In this document: piece by piece, positions 1 to 8,986 of the stretch
Layout: every line of letters starts with the position of its first letter
How positions within the stretch are numbered: the stretch's first letter is position 1
Program-made: the position numbers and the translations under genes
The notes under the pieces: generated by a model
Told to the model about the DNA's origin: nothing
The model's database searches: none
What the model saw: only the letters and a program-made list of their open reading frames with translations
Source of the DNA: Ignavibacteria bacterium
Lineage (GTDB): Bacteria > Bacteroidota > Ignavibacteria > Tepidaquicellales > OLB5
DNA length: 64,000 bases
Direction of reading: 5' to 3'
Assembly (NCBI GenBank): GCA_030835025.1
Contig: JAUQWS010000134.1
Span: 2,110-66,109, forward strand

Positions 1-1
1 C

Positions 2-151
2 AAAGGAAAGGCTTCCCCTATCTTATATGTAATAGCAATTATGATGGCATTCTTCAACGAATGGGTTTCCGGTGCGATCTATGTATTAGTAGCTCTCATT
101 TGGCTTATACCTGATAGAAGGATAGAAAAGATAATGTACGGAGACAATTAA
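2..151 (+). CDS. 3' end of a membrane protein gene (5' part lies outside the window). The tail ...ALIWLIPDRRIEKIMYGDN resembles TMEM175/DUF1211-family C-termini.
   Basis: Frame is open from the window edge to TAA at 149-151. A hydrophobic helix is followed by a PDRRIE motif. The family call rests on motif memory only. Confidence 0.35.
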   Translation, partial: KGKASPILYVIAIMMAFFNEWVSGAIYVLVALIWLIPDRRIEKIMYGDN

Positions 152-304
152 CTGCCGGGTTTTTTCAACTGAAAGCTTTGGCTATCTCAACCCCTTTCAT
201 CAATTCTTATAAACATATTTTTACCTAGAAAAAGCTGGTTCTCACGGGAACAATTCATTTAGTTAAATGCTATAATGGTAATATCAAACTAAATCTCCAA
301 GAAT

Positions 305-853
305 ATGAGAAAATTCAGCGTTATTTTGCTCTTTTTAGGTCTGTACACATTTTCAGCCTGTTCACAGGAAAAATCACCATTTGTAAGCTTTGAAGATTAC
401 GATAAACTGATGGATGAGGTTAAGGAACACAGAAGCTCAAGGCTTGTCACTTTGCAGGAATTTGCGAAATTAGCAGGTGAAGAAGATGTAATCATACTGG
501 ATACCCGGTCAGACCAAATGTATAACAGCAAGCATATTAAAGGGGCAGTTCACCTGAATTTCTCTGATTTAACGGTGAATACCTTGGAAGAAATAATCCC
601 TTCAACTGATACGAAGATACTCATATACTGCAACAATAATTTTGAGGATGACCAGAAGAATTTCCCGACAAAGATGTCATTGCCGCGAAAAGAAATAAAA
701 GGCGGTGGAGATAAAGGCATTACACTTGCTTTGAATATTCCGACTTATATAAACCTGTATGGATATGGTTATAAGAATGTTTACGAGCTTAATGAACTCT
801 TAAGTGTAAACGATCCGGGAATTGAATTTGAAGGAACATCTGTCAGTAAATAA
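305..853 (+). CDS. Rhodanese-like domain lipoprotein
   Basis: Signal peptide with lipobox (LYTFSAC). Rhodanese pattern VIILDTRS..Y...HIKGAVHL and candidate active-site loop ILIYCNNNF. Confidence 0.7.
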   Translation: MRKFSVILLFLGLYTFSACSQEKSPFVSFEDYDKLMDEVKEHRSSRLVTLQEFAKLAGEEDVIILDTRSDQMYNSKHIKGAVHLNFSDLTVNTLEEIIPSTDTKILIYCNNNFEDDQKNFPTKMSLPRKEIKGGGDKGITLALNIPTYINLYGYGYKNVYELNELLSVNDPGIEFEGTSVSK

Positions 854-904
854 CTGATCTGCCGGTCATTCCAAAGTAGATCATTTTGATGACAGAATAA
901 TGAT

Positions 905-1276
905 TTACTTTATGCTTACATTATATGTTACGGTATTCACGGGCGCATCTTTTTCCCATGACCTGGCATAATAGAACAATAACTTTACTGTCCCAGGAGC
1001 AACTGCTTTCAGGTGCCACACTTCCGCTCCGCCCTGTCCTGTCATAGCGTTATCAGGCAGGTCGTAATCCATTCCGGTAATAACTACCTGCGAATTATCT
1101 GAGATCATTCCAACCGACCACGAATAACCGGTTGACTGGTTTGATTCTAGCGAAACAGTAAAGTTCTCTCCAACTGCGGATTCAATATCTGTATCCTTTG
1201 CTGTGTAGGTTTTTTCCTGAGAAGTAACCGCACTAGTGAATAACAGAATAAGAAAAAGTATTTTGAGGTTTTTCAT
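905..1276 (-). CDS. Chagasin-family (MEROPS I42) cysteine-peptidase inhibitor, secreted
   Basis: 123 aa with a signal peptide. Has the characteristic SNQSTGYSWS motif (NPTTGY.W-like) and an Ig-like beta pattern. Confidence 0.65.
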   Translation of the reverse strand: MKNLKILFLILLFTSAVTSQEKTYTAKDTDIESAVGENFTVSLESNQSTGYSWSVGMISDNSQVVITGMDYDLPDNAMTGQGGAEVWHLKAVAPGTVKLLFYYARSWEKDAPVNTVTYNVSIK

Positions 1277-1309
1277 TTATGTATGATTAATTTATTTTAT
1301 GTCCGATTG

Positions 1310-2116
1310 TTACTTCCAGTTTACCTCAGGATAGTAATGATCCAGTCCGATTTCCTTCATAAACTGAAGCGCAGCTATCAGCTGCAGTTTTACCCTGTCT
1401 TCAATTGCAAAACCGCGGTATGATTCAACAGTATATGACTTAATATTGAACTTCGAAACAAAATTATCCAGCGAACTGTACTCTCTGTATGAATAATAAT
1501 GAGTGTGGTACCGGAAATCACCTTCCGGAATGTTCTTGTTCATATTATCTACTGCGCGTATCAACAGGTCTTCAAAAGGCTGAACACAAGAAATGACTAT
1601 CTGCCCGTATGCTTTCTCAGGGTCGCTTAAAGCCTTAGGATTCCATTTTGTCCTTGCCTCATGCAGATTAATAATGAGATCTGGTTTAACAGAATCAACA
1701 AGCCACATGAATTCGTATGCCAGCCTGTATTCATAAGTATCAGATTGCAGGTCACCCGGGAACGCATGGTTAAAGTCAAGATTCACCTGCCGTTCATTAA
1801 TATTGCATGCCTTGATGTTTGTTTTAGGAATTACGATCAGTGTACCGGAATAAAGATTCAGATACTTCACGATCGAATCGCATGCCATATAAGAGGCTAT
1901 CTCGTCACCGTGAATACCTCCGTCAAGTATCATTACTGGACCGGGCTTTTTCCCTTTGAATACAAAATAAGGTGTCTCGTATTCATCGTTCAGCCCGAAA
2001 TAATCCAGCTTAACAAATGTATACTGCCTTTTATCTTCAACGCTGCTCGTATCGCTGTAATAACTCTGCCCGTAAGCAGTTGTTACTATAGCCAGGATGA
2101 AAAGAATTTTCTTCAA
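1310..2116 (-). CDS. Secreted zinc carboxypeptidase-fold protein (AstE/AspA, M14/M99-like)
   Basis: Signal peptide. Motifs GGIHGDE, RQVNLDFNHAFPG and INLHE match the metal and active-site pattern of the succinylglutamate desuccinylase/aspartoacylase clan. Confidence 0.6.
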   Translation of the reverse strand: MKKILFILAIVTTAYGQSYYSDTSSVEDKRQYTFVKLDYFGLNDEYETPYFVFKGKKPGPVMILDGGIHGDEIASYMACDSIVKYLNLYSGTLIVIPKTNIKACNINERQVNLDFNHAFPGDLQSDTYEYRLAYEFMWLVDSVKPDLIINLHEARTKWNPKALSDPEKAYGQIVISCVQPFEDLLIRAVDNMNKNIPEGDFRYHTHYYSYREYSSLDNFVSKFNIKSYTVESYRGFAIEDRVKLQLIAALQFMKEIGLDHYYPEVNWK

Positions 2117-2166
2117 TAATTTTCAGATTAATTCACAAAAAACTCTTCAATTGTTGCAGCCATTAG

Positions 2167-3924
2167 TCAAAATCCAATGGCGAGGCCGTAACCGCGCCTA
2201 TCGGAATGACCGAAATATACGTGATTTTTCCAATCTATCAAAATACCTTCAACCCTCCCAAAATCCGATATTTCTTTCATTTCATGTCCTTTTTCTCTCA
2301 GTTTCGCTAATACTTCATCATCAATAGCGCCATTTTCATACTGCACATACTCCGGCAGCCATTGGTGGTGGTAGCGGGGCTTGTCAATTGCCGAATCCAG
2401 CGACATCTTAAAATCTATCACATTCACTATTGCCTGGAAAACCGACGTAATAATCCTTCCCCCGCCCGGCGAGCCTACTATCATGAACGGGTTTCCGTCT
2501 TTAAGTATAATTGTGGGAGTCATTGAGCTCAGCATTCTTTTATTCGGTTCAATCGCATTTGCTTCATTGCCAACAAGCCCAAACATATTCGGCTCACCCG
2601 TCTTTGATGCAAAATCATCCATTTCATCGTTCAGCAAAAAACCCGCGCCATCAACAACAACTCCGGAACCGTATGTGTTATTTAGAGTAGTTGTAACGCT
2701 CACCATGTTTCCGTCCTTATCAATTACTGAATAATGCGTAGTCTGATCAGACTCTTTCTTGAATATCCCCGGTTTTATATCCCCGCTCAAAGTTGAATTT
2801 TCACCGATTTCTTTTCTTCTTTGGAGTGCGTAATCTTTGCTTATCAGTTCTTTTACCGGAACTCTCCAATAATCCGGGTCTCCAAGGTGTTCGCTTCTAT
2901 CGGCGTAGACTCTTTTCATGCTTTCAAAAACAACATGTAGATAGTTTGAATAATCTTTAACACCGTAATATACCGAACTTCTGTCAGGAACCGGTTCATT
3001 TTCTGTTAAATTCAGAAGCTGAACAAGTGCAATGCCGCCGCTGCTTGGCGGACCCATGGAATAAACATCGTATCCTTTATAATTTGCCCGTACTACCTGC
3101 CTTTCAACCGGATTGTAGCTCAGGAGGTCCTGCTTAGATATGATTCCCCCGCCCAGTTGCATTTCTTTTTCAATCAGATCAGCTGTAATTCCTGCGTAAA
3201 ATCCGTCCCTTCCGTGCACGCTGATAAGCTTCAGAGTATTAGCAAGGTCTTTCTGAATGAACTTCTCACCTGCAGAATATTTCAGACCGCTTTTTGTGAA
3301 AACTTTTTTTGTTGAAGGAAACTGGTTAAAATAATCATAAGTGCCATTTAAAGATTCCGCAAACCTGCTTTCAATTTCAAATCCGTTTTCGGCAAATTCA
3401 ATTGCGGGAGCAAGTACTTCTTCCTTTTTCATAGTGCCGTATTTTTCAAGCGCATAAAGCAATCCCGCCACTGAGCCGGGTACGCCTGCCGATAAATGCC
3501 CTTCCTGGCTTTTTTCGGGAATAAAATTTCCAGCAGCATCAAGGAACATATTGCGTGTTGAAGCCAGCGGTGCTTTTTCGCGGTAGTCTATACTCGTAAT
3601 GGTATCTTTGTTTCTGATAACCATAAAGCCGCCGCCTCCGATATTGCCTGCCTGGGGATAAGTGACAGCCAGTACGAATCCCATTGCAACGGCAGCATCT
3701 ACAGCATTGCCTCCTTTTTGGAGTATTTCAATCCCAACCTGAGAAGCAAACCTGCTTGCTGAAGAAATCATTCCGTTATTACCGGAAACTTTCCCCGAGA
3801 AATTTACAGACTCTTTGCTTTTGGTTGTGGAACCGTTTAAGGGATTATTGATCTTTGAGGCATAGTACAGGAATAAGAGAATCAGTGGAATTGAAACGAG
3901 AAAACCAAGATTCTTTCGTATCAT
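2167..3924 (-). CDS. ggt: Gamma-glutamyltranspeptidase
   Basis: 585 aa. Autoprocessing/catalytic Thr context DQTTHYSVIDKDGNMVS, plus GGGGFM and GSPGG motifs. Confidence 0.95.
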   Translation of the reverse strand: MIRKNLGFLVSIPLILLFLYYASKINNPLNGSTTKSKESVNFSGKVSGNNGMISSASRFASQVGIEILQKGGNAVDAAVAMGFVLAVTYPQAGNIGGGGFMVIRNKDTITSIDYREKAPLASTRNMFLDAAGNFIPEKSQEGHLSAGVPGSVAGLLYALEKYGTMKKEEVLAPAIEFAENGFEIESRFAESLNGTYDYFNQFPSTKKVFTKSGLKYSAGEKFIQKDLANTLKLISVHGRDGFYAGITADLIEKEMQLGGGIISKQDLLSYNPVERQVVRANYKGYDVYSMGPPSSGGIALVQLLNLTENEPVPDRSSVYYGVKDYSNYLHVVFESMKRVYADRSEHLGDPDYWRVPVKELISKDYALQRRKEIGENSTLSGDIKPGIFKKESDQTTHYSVIDKDGNMVSVTTTLNNTYGSGVVVDGAGFLLNDEMDDFASKTGEPNMFGLVGNEANAIEPNKRMLSSMTPTIILKDGNPFMIVGSPGGGRIITSVFQAIVNVIDFKMSLDSAIDKPRYHHQWLPEYVQYENGAIDDEVLAKLREKGHEMKEISDFGRVEGILIDWKNHVYFGHSDRRGYGLAIGF

Positions 3925-4839
3925 TTAGAAAAGTCTTAACCTTATTCCGTCTTTTTCGATTTTTCTAACCAGCTTGTTGATACTCAGCAGGGCTTTGTTT
4001 ACATTTTCATACATCACATCTTCACTCAGCAGCTTGCCAACAGTAGAATTAGAATCACTTGCATTTATTACCAGCGCATTCAGATTGATTGTAAGGGAAT
4101 CCAGCCTTGATGTCAGTGTTCTCACGTCTTCAAAAGTCTGTTTCAATTCCGGCTTGGTATCAATAACCGTATTATCAACATTTGTTGCAATATTGTTAAG
4201 CCTTCCCGCAAGTGAATTAAGACTGTTCCTTGTTTCCGACAGCATCAGGTTAAGATTCCTTGAAGCTACATTGAAGTTGCTTGCTGCGCCCTTTATGTTC
4301 GATTTCAGCCCGTCATCGCCAACTATACTGTTGATGTGATTTACAGTAGTGCTCATTTGAGTCATTGCAGTATCAAGTTTCTTGGTTATGAGCTTCACAT
4401 CTTCGCCAACTTCGTTCATGGTCCCGATAAGTCCGACTATATCATTTGTCTTCGCTCCCACAAGCGGTCTTGTGATATCAGCTTCTTCTTTTGATACACC
4501 CGGCTTAATATAGATCTGCTTTCCGCTCATAAGCTCGATCATAGCAACCGATACATCATAATCTTTCTTAAGCGTTACATCTTTTGAAAGAGTGAATTCG
4601 ACCTTCACGCTGTCGCCGGGGGCAAGCTCAATAGTTGTGACCTTTCCCTTGGAAACACCGTTAACACTTACAGGATCCCCTTCTTTAAGTCCGTTCACAT
4701 CAGAAAAATATACGACTAGGTCGTTGGTTTCCAGACCGATCTTCATATCTTTAAGAAACGCAACGCCCCATAACAGAAGAATAATTGAAACAACAATTGA
4801 AATACCGACTTTAAGTAAAGTCTTCTTGTCCTTATCCAT
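3925..4839 (-). CDS. MlaD/MCE-domain protein
   Basis: N-terminal TM helix, MCE domain (VYFSDVNGLKEGDPVSVNGVSKGKV) and a long helical C-terminus. Its ATG overlaps the greA stop by 1 nt. Confidence 0.8.
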   Translation of the reverse strand: MDKDKKTLLKVGISIVVSIILLLWGVAFLKDMKIGLETNDLVVYFSDVNGLKEGDPVSVNGVSKGKVTTIELAPGDSVKVEFTLSKDVTLKKDYDVSVAMIELMSGKQIYIKPGVSKEEADITRPLVGAKTNDIVGLIGTMNEVGEDVKLITKKLDTAMTQMSTTVNHINSIVGDDGLKSNIKGAASNFNVASRNLNLMLSETRNSLNSLAGRLNNIATNVDNTVIDTKPELKQTFEDVRTLTSRLDSLTINLNALVINASDSNSTVGKLLSEDVMYENVNKALLSINKLVRKIEKDGIRLRLF

Positions 4840-5324
4840 TATTTGAATATATCAACAATTTTATATTTTATCTTGCCGGCCGGAACATGAATTTCGACTT
4901 CTTCATTTTTCTTCCTTCCCAGCAATGATTTACCGATAGGTGAAGTCACAGATATCTTATCCTGGTCAAGATCTGCTTCTTCAGGTGATACCAGTTTATA
5001 GCAGAACTCTTCCTTTGTTTTAAGATCTTTAAGCTTAACATTATGCAGGATATAGATCTTATCGTTCGGCATGTCATCTGCCTTGATGATCTTCACTCTT
5101 GAAAGCATTTCTTCGTAACGCCCGATACGCATTTCAAGCTGTTCCTGCTGATGCTTTGCGGCATCATACTCAGCATTTTCGCTCAGATCGCCGTGAGCAC
5201 GCGCTTCGGCGATCTTTTCCGCGATATCTTTTCTTCCTCTTATTTTCAGATCATTAAGCTCAGTTTCAAGCTCATGAAGCCTGTCCTTTGTAAGATATAC
5301 AAATCCTTTGTTGTTTAAATCCAT
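4839..5324 (-). CDS. greA: Transcription elongation factor GreA
   Basis: 161 aa. Coiled-coil N-domain with AHGDLSENAEYDAAK, plus the FKBP-like C-terminal domain. Confidence 0.95.
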   Translation of the reverse strand: MDLNNKGFVYLTKDRLHELETELNDLKIRGRKDIAEKIAEARAHGDLSENAEYDAAKHQQEQLEMRIGRYEEMLSRVKIIKADDMPNDKIYILHNVKLKDLKTKEEFCYKLVSPEEADLDQDKISVTSPIGKSLLGRKKNEEVEIHVPAGKIKYKIVDIFK

Positions 5325-5329
5325 TTAGA

Positions 5330-6568
5330 TTAATTCTCCTGATTTTTGTTGATTAACAGCAGATGTCCCAGTTTATCACGCTTTGTTTTTAAATATCTTT
5401 CGTTTATTGAGTTGGACTGGATCTCTATCGGCATTCTTCTTATTATTTCCAGTCCGTAGCCTTTCAATCCAACAACCTTTTTCGGATTATTGGTAAGCAA
5501 TATCATCTTCCTTACGCCAAGGCTTCTTAGTATCTGTGCACCGATCCCGTAATCTCTAAGGTCTGCTTTGAAACCCAGTGCTTCATTTGCCTCCACAGTA
5601 TCTTTGCCTTCTTCCTGCAGCTTATATGCTTTGAGCTTATTGGCAAGTCCTATTCCCCTGCCTTCCTGCCTCATGTAAAGCACTATCCCGTTCTTTTCGT
5701 GTTCAATTATTTTCAATGATTTTATCAGCTGATCCTGGCAATCACACCTCAATGAGCCTAGCAAGTCACCGGTTAAACATTCCGAATGAACTCTTACAAG
5801 TATTGGCTTGTCAGGGTCGATTTCTCCTTTTACAAGTGCCAAATGCTCTTTATGATCAAGCATGTTCCTGAACAAATGGAGCCTGAAAGTACCGTGCTTG
5901 GTTGGCAGGTTTACGTCTACAACTTTTTCTATCAGTATCTCTTTTTCAAGCCTGTAATTGATGAGGTCCTTAATGGTGATTATTTTAAGCTTATGTTTTC
6001 TGGCAAACTCAAGCAATTGCGGCACCCTTGCCATTTCTCCATCACCTTTAACGAGCTCGCACAATACACCTGCGGGGTAATGTCCTGCAAGCTTTGCAAG
6101 GTCAACTGCAGCTTCAGTATGTCCGGCTCTTCTTAATACTCCACCCTGAAAAGCTTTCAGCGGGAAAACATGCCCCGGCCTTGCAAGGTCCTCGGGTTTC
6201 GTCTTTTTGTTAACAAGAGAAAGTATCGTTTTGTTTCTGTCTGATGCAGATATACCCGTGCTTGTACCATGCAAATAATCAACGCTGACGGTAAAAGCTG
6301 TCTCGTGCAGTGCAGTATTGTACTGCGTCATCATATCCAGCTTAAGGTACTGCAGGCGCTCTTCTTCCATTGGCACGCAGATCACGCCGCTGGTATGTTT
6401 CACCAGAAAGTTTACCAGTGCAGGTGTTGATTTTTCCGCTGAATAAATAAGGTCGCCTTCGTTTTCCCTGTCTTCATCATCAACAACTATGATGCATTTG
6501 CCTTTTTTGAAATCCGCAATTGCAGATTGGATTGTGCTGAATTTGTACTTTTCTTTATGCGCTTTCAT
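5330..6568 (-). CDS. ribBA: Bifunctional 3,4-dihydroxy-2-butanone-4-phosphate synthase / GTP cyclohydrolase II
   Basis: DHBPS motif DDEDRENEGDLI and GCH-II zinc motif HSECLTGDLLGSLRCDCQDQL. Confidence 0.95.
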   Translation of the reverse strand: MKAHKEKYKFSTIQSAIADFKKGKCIIVVDDEDRENEGDLIYSAEKSTPALVNFLVKHTSGVICVPMEEERLQYLKLDMMTQYNTALHETAFTVSVDYLHGTSTGISASDRNKTILSLVNKKTKPEDLARPGHVFPLKAFQGGVLRRAGHTEAAVDLAKLAGHYPAGVLCELVKGDGEMARVPQLLEFARKHKLKIITIKDLINYRLEKEILIEKVVDVNLPTKHGTFRLHLFRNMLDHKEHLALVKGEIDPDKPILVRVHSECLTGDLLGSLRCDCQDQLIKSLKIIEHEKNGIVLYMRQEGRGIGLANKLKAYKLQEEGKDTVEANEALGFKADLRDYGIGAQILRSLGVRKMILLTNNPKKVVGLKGYGLEIIRRMPIEIQSNSINERYLKTKRDKLGHLLLINKNQEN

Positions 6569-6609
6569 ATAATAAAATGTGGCGATCTTATCACGCCACT
6601 GAAATTAAT

Positions 6610-6625
6610 CCCGCCAGCCGGCGGG
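6610..6625 (-). terminator. Weak hairpin after yajC (cccgcc-ggct-ggcggg)
   Basis: A 6-bp GC stem lies 14 nt downstream of the yajC stop, followed by ATTAATTT on the minus strand. A second hairpin (6580-6600) with an ATTTTATTAT tail abuts the ribBA ATG. Confidence 0.35.
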
Positions 6626-6638
6626 CAATTAGTGTTAC

Positions 6639-6962
6639 TTATTTTTTCTTCTGCTGATCGGTCACTCCAACAATTGTACCGATAGCTGATTTTTCCATCT
6701 TGACCTTAACATTATCAGATATCTTGACAAGTACAGAATCATCTTCCATACCTTCAACTGTTCCGTGTATTCCGCCGGATGTTATGATCTTATCACCTTT
6801 TTTAACTCCCTCAAGCAATTTTGCTCTTTCCTTCTGTCTTTTCTGCTGCGGCCTTAAGATAAGGAAATAGAACACCAAAATGATAAGCAAAAACGGCAGC
6901 AATGAGCTGACAAGGCTGGCCATTCCGTCGCCCTGCTGCAATATGATAAATAATAAATTCAA
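6639..6962 (-). CDS. yajC: Preprotein translocase subunit YajC
   Basis: 107 aa with a single TM. Motif FYFLILRPQQKRQKE and GGIHGTV. Confidence 0.9.
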   Translation of the reverse strand: MNLLFIILQQGDGMASLVSSLLPFLLIILVFYFLILRPQQKRQKERAKLLEGVKKGDKIITSGGIHGTVEGMEDDSVLVKISDNVKVKMEKSAIGTIVGVTDQQKKK

Positions 6963-7007
6963 TTTAATACCTTCCTTAATTTAATGATATTTTAATATAT
7001 ACTGAAA

Positions 7008-8141
7008 CTACTTGCTGTTTAGTGAATTGTATTTCTCTAAAAAACTCCTTTTATACTCCAAAAATCTTTGATCCTTTATCGCCTGCCTTGAATCTTCAAC
7101 CAGTTTCATATAGAATCTGAGATTATGAATTGTTGCAAGCTGTGCCGCCAGCATTTCATCGCTTATGAACAGATGTCGTAAATATGCCGGAGTAAAATTC
7201 TTTGAGGTGTAGCTTTCAACTTCTTCATCGGGAGAGTCAAACCTGAGCCTGTTTTCCAGGTTCCTAAGCCGCAGCTTTCCCGTGCTTGTGAACATCGTAC
7301 CGTTCCTTGCGTTCCGCGTCGGCATAACGCAGTCAAACATATCAACTCCTCTTTCGATCGCGTTCAGCAAGTCTTCGGGAGTTCCCACACCCATCAAATA
7401 CCTGGGCTTGTTCTGAGGCATATATTCAATTGTATGCTCAACAATATCGTACATTACAGAATTTTCTTCACCAACGGCCAGTCCTCCGATCGCATACCCG
7501 TCAAAATCCATTTCTGCAAGTTCAAGTGCTGATGCTTTTCTCAGGTCGTTGAATGTAGAACCCTGTATGATCCCGAAAAGGAATTGCTTCTTTCCGTAAC
7601 GCTCACCCGTTTTATCAAAATGATCTTTGCTTCTTTTTGCCCAGCGTGATGTGAGCGAAACTGATTCTTTGACCTTTTCATATTCAGCCGGATTTTCTAG
7701 GCACTCATCAAGCACCATCATAATGTCGGAACCTATCACTCTTTGAATATCTACTACCTTTTCCGGGGTGAACAAATGTGTACTGCCGTCCAAGTGAGAT
7801 TTGAATTCGGCTCCTTCATCAGTAATTTTCCTTAAGGCTGATAAACTAAAAACCTGAAACCCGCCGCTATCTGTAAGTATAGGCTTGTTCCAGTTCATAA
7901 ATTTGTGAAGCCCTCCGGCAGCTTCAAGTACTTCCGTGCAGGGCCTTAAGTAAAGATGATAAGTGTTGCCAAGTATTATTTTGGCTCCAATTTCATCCAG
8001 CTCTCTTTGCTCTATGGCTTTTACAGTTCCCTGTGTACCAACGGGCATAAAAATAGGAGTTTGGAAAGAACCGTGGTCCGTAGTAATTTCGCAAACTCTT
8101 GCCCTGGTTGTACTATCTTGAGAAAGAACATCAAAAAACAT
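7008..8141 (-). CDS. tgt: tRNA-guanine transglycosylase (queuine tRNA-ribosyltransferase)
   Basis: 377 aa. Motifs TPIFMPVGT, LTDSGGFQVFS and the zinc site C.MPTR. Confidence 0.95.
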   Translation of the reverse strand: MFFDVLSQDSTTRARVCEITTDHGSFQTPIFMPVGTQGTVKAIEQRELDEIGAKIILGNTYHLYLRPCTEVLEAAGGLHKFMNWNKPILTDSGGFQVFSLSALRKITDEGAEFKSHLDGSTHLFTPEKVVDIQRVIGSDIMMVLDECLENPAEYEKVKESVSLTSRWAKRSKDHFDKTGERYGKKQFLFGIIQGSTFNDLRKASALELAEMDFDGYAIGGLAVGEENSVMYDIVEHTIEYMPQNKPRYLMGVGTPEDLLNAIERGVDMFDCVMPTRNARNGTMFTSTGKLRLRNLENRLRFDSPDEEVESYTSKNFTPAYLRHLFISDEMLAAQLATIHNLRFYMKLVEDSRQAIKDQRFLEYKRSFLEKYNSLNSK

Positions 8142-8162
8142 TACCTAACCACCATATTATTA

Positions 8163-8170
8163 CAAAAATA
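8163..8170 (-). promoter_or_regulatory. Bacteroidota-type -7 box TATTTTTG upstream of tgt
   Basis: Matches TAnnTTTG on the minus strand, 22 nt upstream of the tgt ATG. Confidence 0.4.
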
Positions 8171-8221
8171 CTCAATTTTCTTAAGATAATCAATTTAATT
8201 CTCCGCGAGGAATAGTCCTTT

Positions 8222-8611
8222 TTATATCGGTTCTACGTAATATTGAGCCAAAAAGAAGACATTTCCATCCGGATCTTCGTACTCCAAAAACTTGTGAAAA
8301 TTGGGAATATCAATTACTTCTCCGTAAGGCAGAATTCCTTTCGACTTGAGCACAGCAGCAAATGCATCAAGGTCTTCCGTTCTGAAAATCAGCGAAACAC
8401 CCGTTTTGGCCTCTTCTGAAGGTTCTGTCCTTTCGCATCCGCCGAATACTGAGAGTCTTATCCCTCCGGCTGCAACTGCAAAGAAATTTCCCGCTTCTTC
8501 TAGCAATCTGAATCCAAGCTTGTTCACATAGAAATCCTTTGCCGCAGTAACGTCTGAAACGCGTATAACTGCATGCTGGCATTTAAGCTCCATTTGCAGG
8601 TTCCTTTCCAA
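8222..8611 (-). CDS. VOC (glyoxalase/bleomycin-resistance/dioxygenase) family protein
   Basis: About 125 aa. VOC pattern HAVIRVSDV..A..FY...LGF ... EDPDGN.FFL. The start may be Met7 (8593). Confidence 0.75.
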   Translation of the reverse strand: MERNLQMELKCQHAVIRVSDVTAAKDFYVNKLGFRLLEEAGNFFAVAAGGIRLSVFGGCERTEPSEEAKTGVSLIFRTEDLDAFAAVLKSKGILPYGEVIDIPNFHKFLEYEDPDGNVFFLAQYYVEPI

Positions 8612-8873
8612 ACAGAATATATTTTTTACTGAGATAAAATTTAATCAACAACATCATCAGCAGAATTCCAATTACATCTGCCAGCCAGTCCTGCACTTCT
8701 GCAGAACGGTTCGGCACAAAATGCTGGTGAACTTCATCCGAAATTCCGTACGCAATGCATAAAGCTGCTGACCAAAGGTAAGGACTCATACTCAAGATAT
8801 TACTTCTTTCCACGTGTATAAGCGAAATGTAACACATTGCCGCAAGGAGCCCGAAAACTCCGATATGTATCAC
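8583..8873 (-). CDS. VanZ-like family membrane protein. The track ORF starts at GTG 8873; the frame stays open and VanZ-like up to about 8990.
   Basis: Motif GISDEVHQHFVPNRSAEVQDWLADVIG. The in-frame upstream translation KYHFPVLAWALTIFIQSGFPAIEIPKTEIIALDK looks like the missing first TM helix. Confidence 0.65.
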   Translation of the reverse strand: MIHIGVFGLLAAMCYISLIHVERSNILSMSPYLWSAALCIAYGISDEVHQHFVPNRSAEVQDWLADVIGILLMMLLIKFYLSKKYILFGKEPANGA

Positions 8874-8986
8874 CTTATCCAGCGCAATTATCTCGGTCTT
8901 AGGTATCTCAATTGCGGGAAAGCCGGATTGAATGAATATTGTAAGCGCCCAAGCAAGAACCGGGAAATGATATTTAAAAAATTTCT

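Noticed and set aside
6569-6638. Looked for an FMN riboswitch upstream of ribBA.
   Set aside because: Only 70 nt separate yajC and ribBA, holding two short hairpins. This is too short for an FMN aptamer, and none of its conserved segments are visible.
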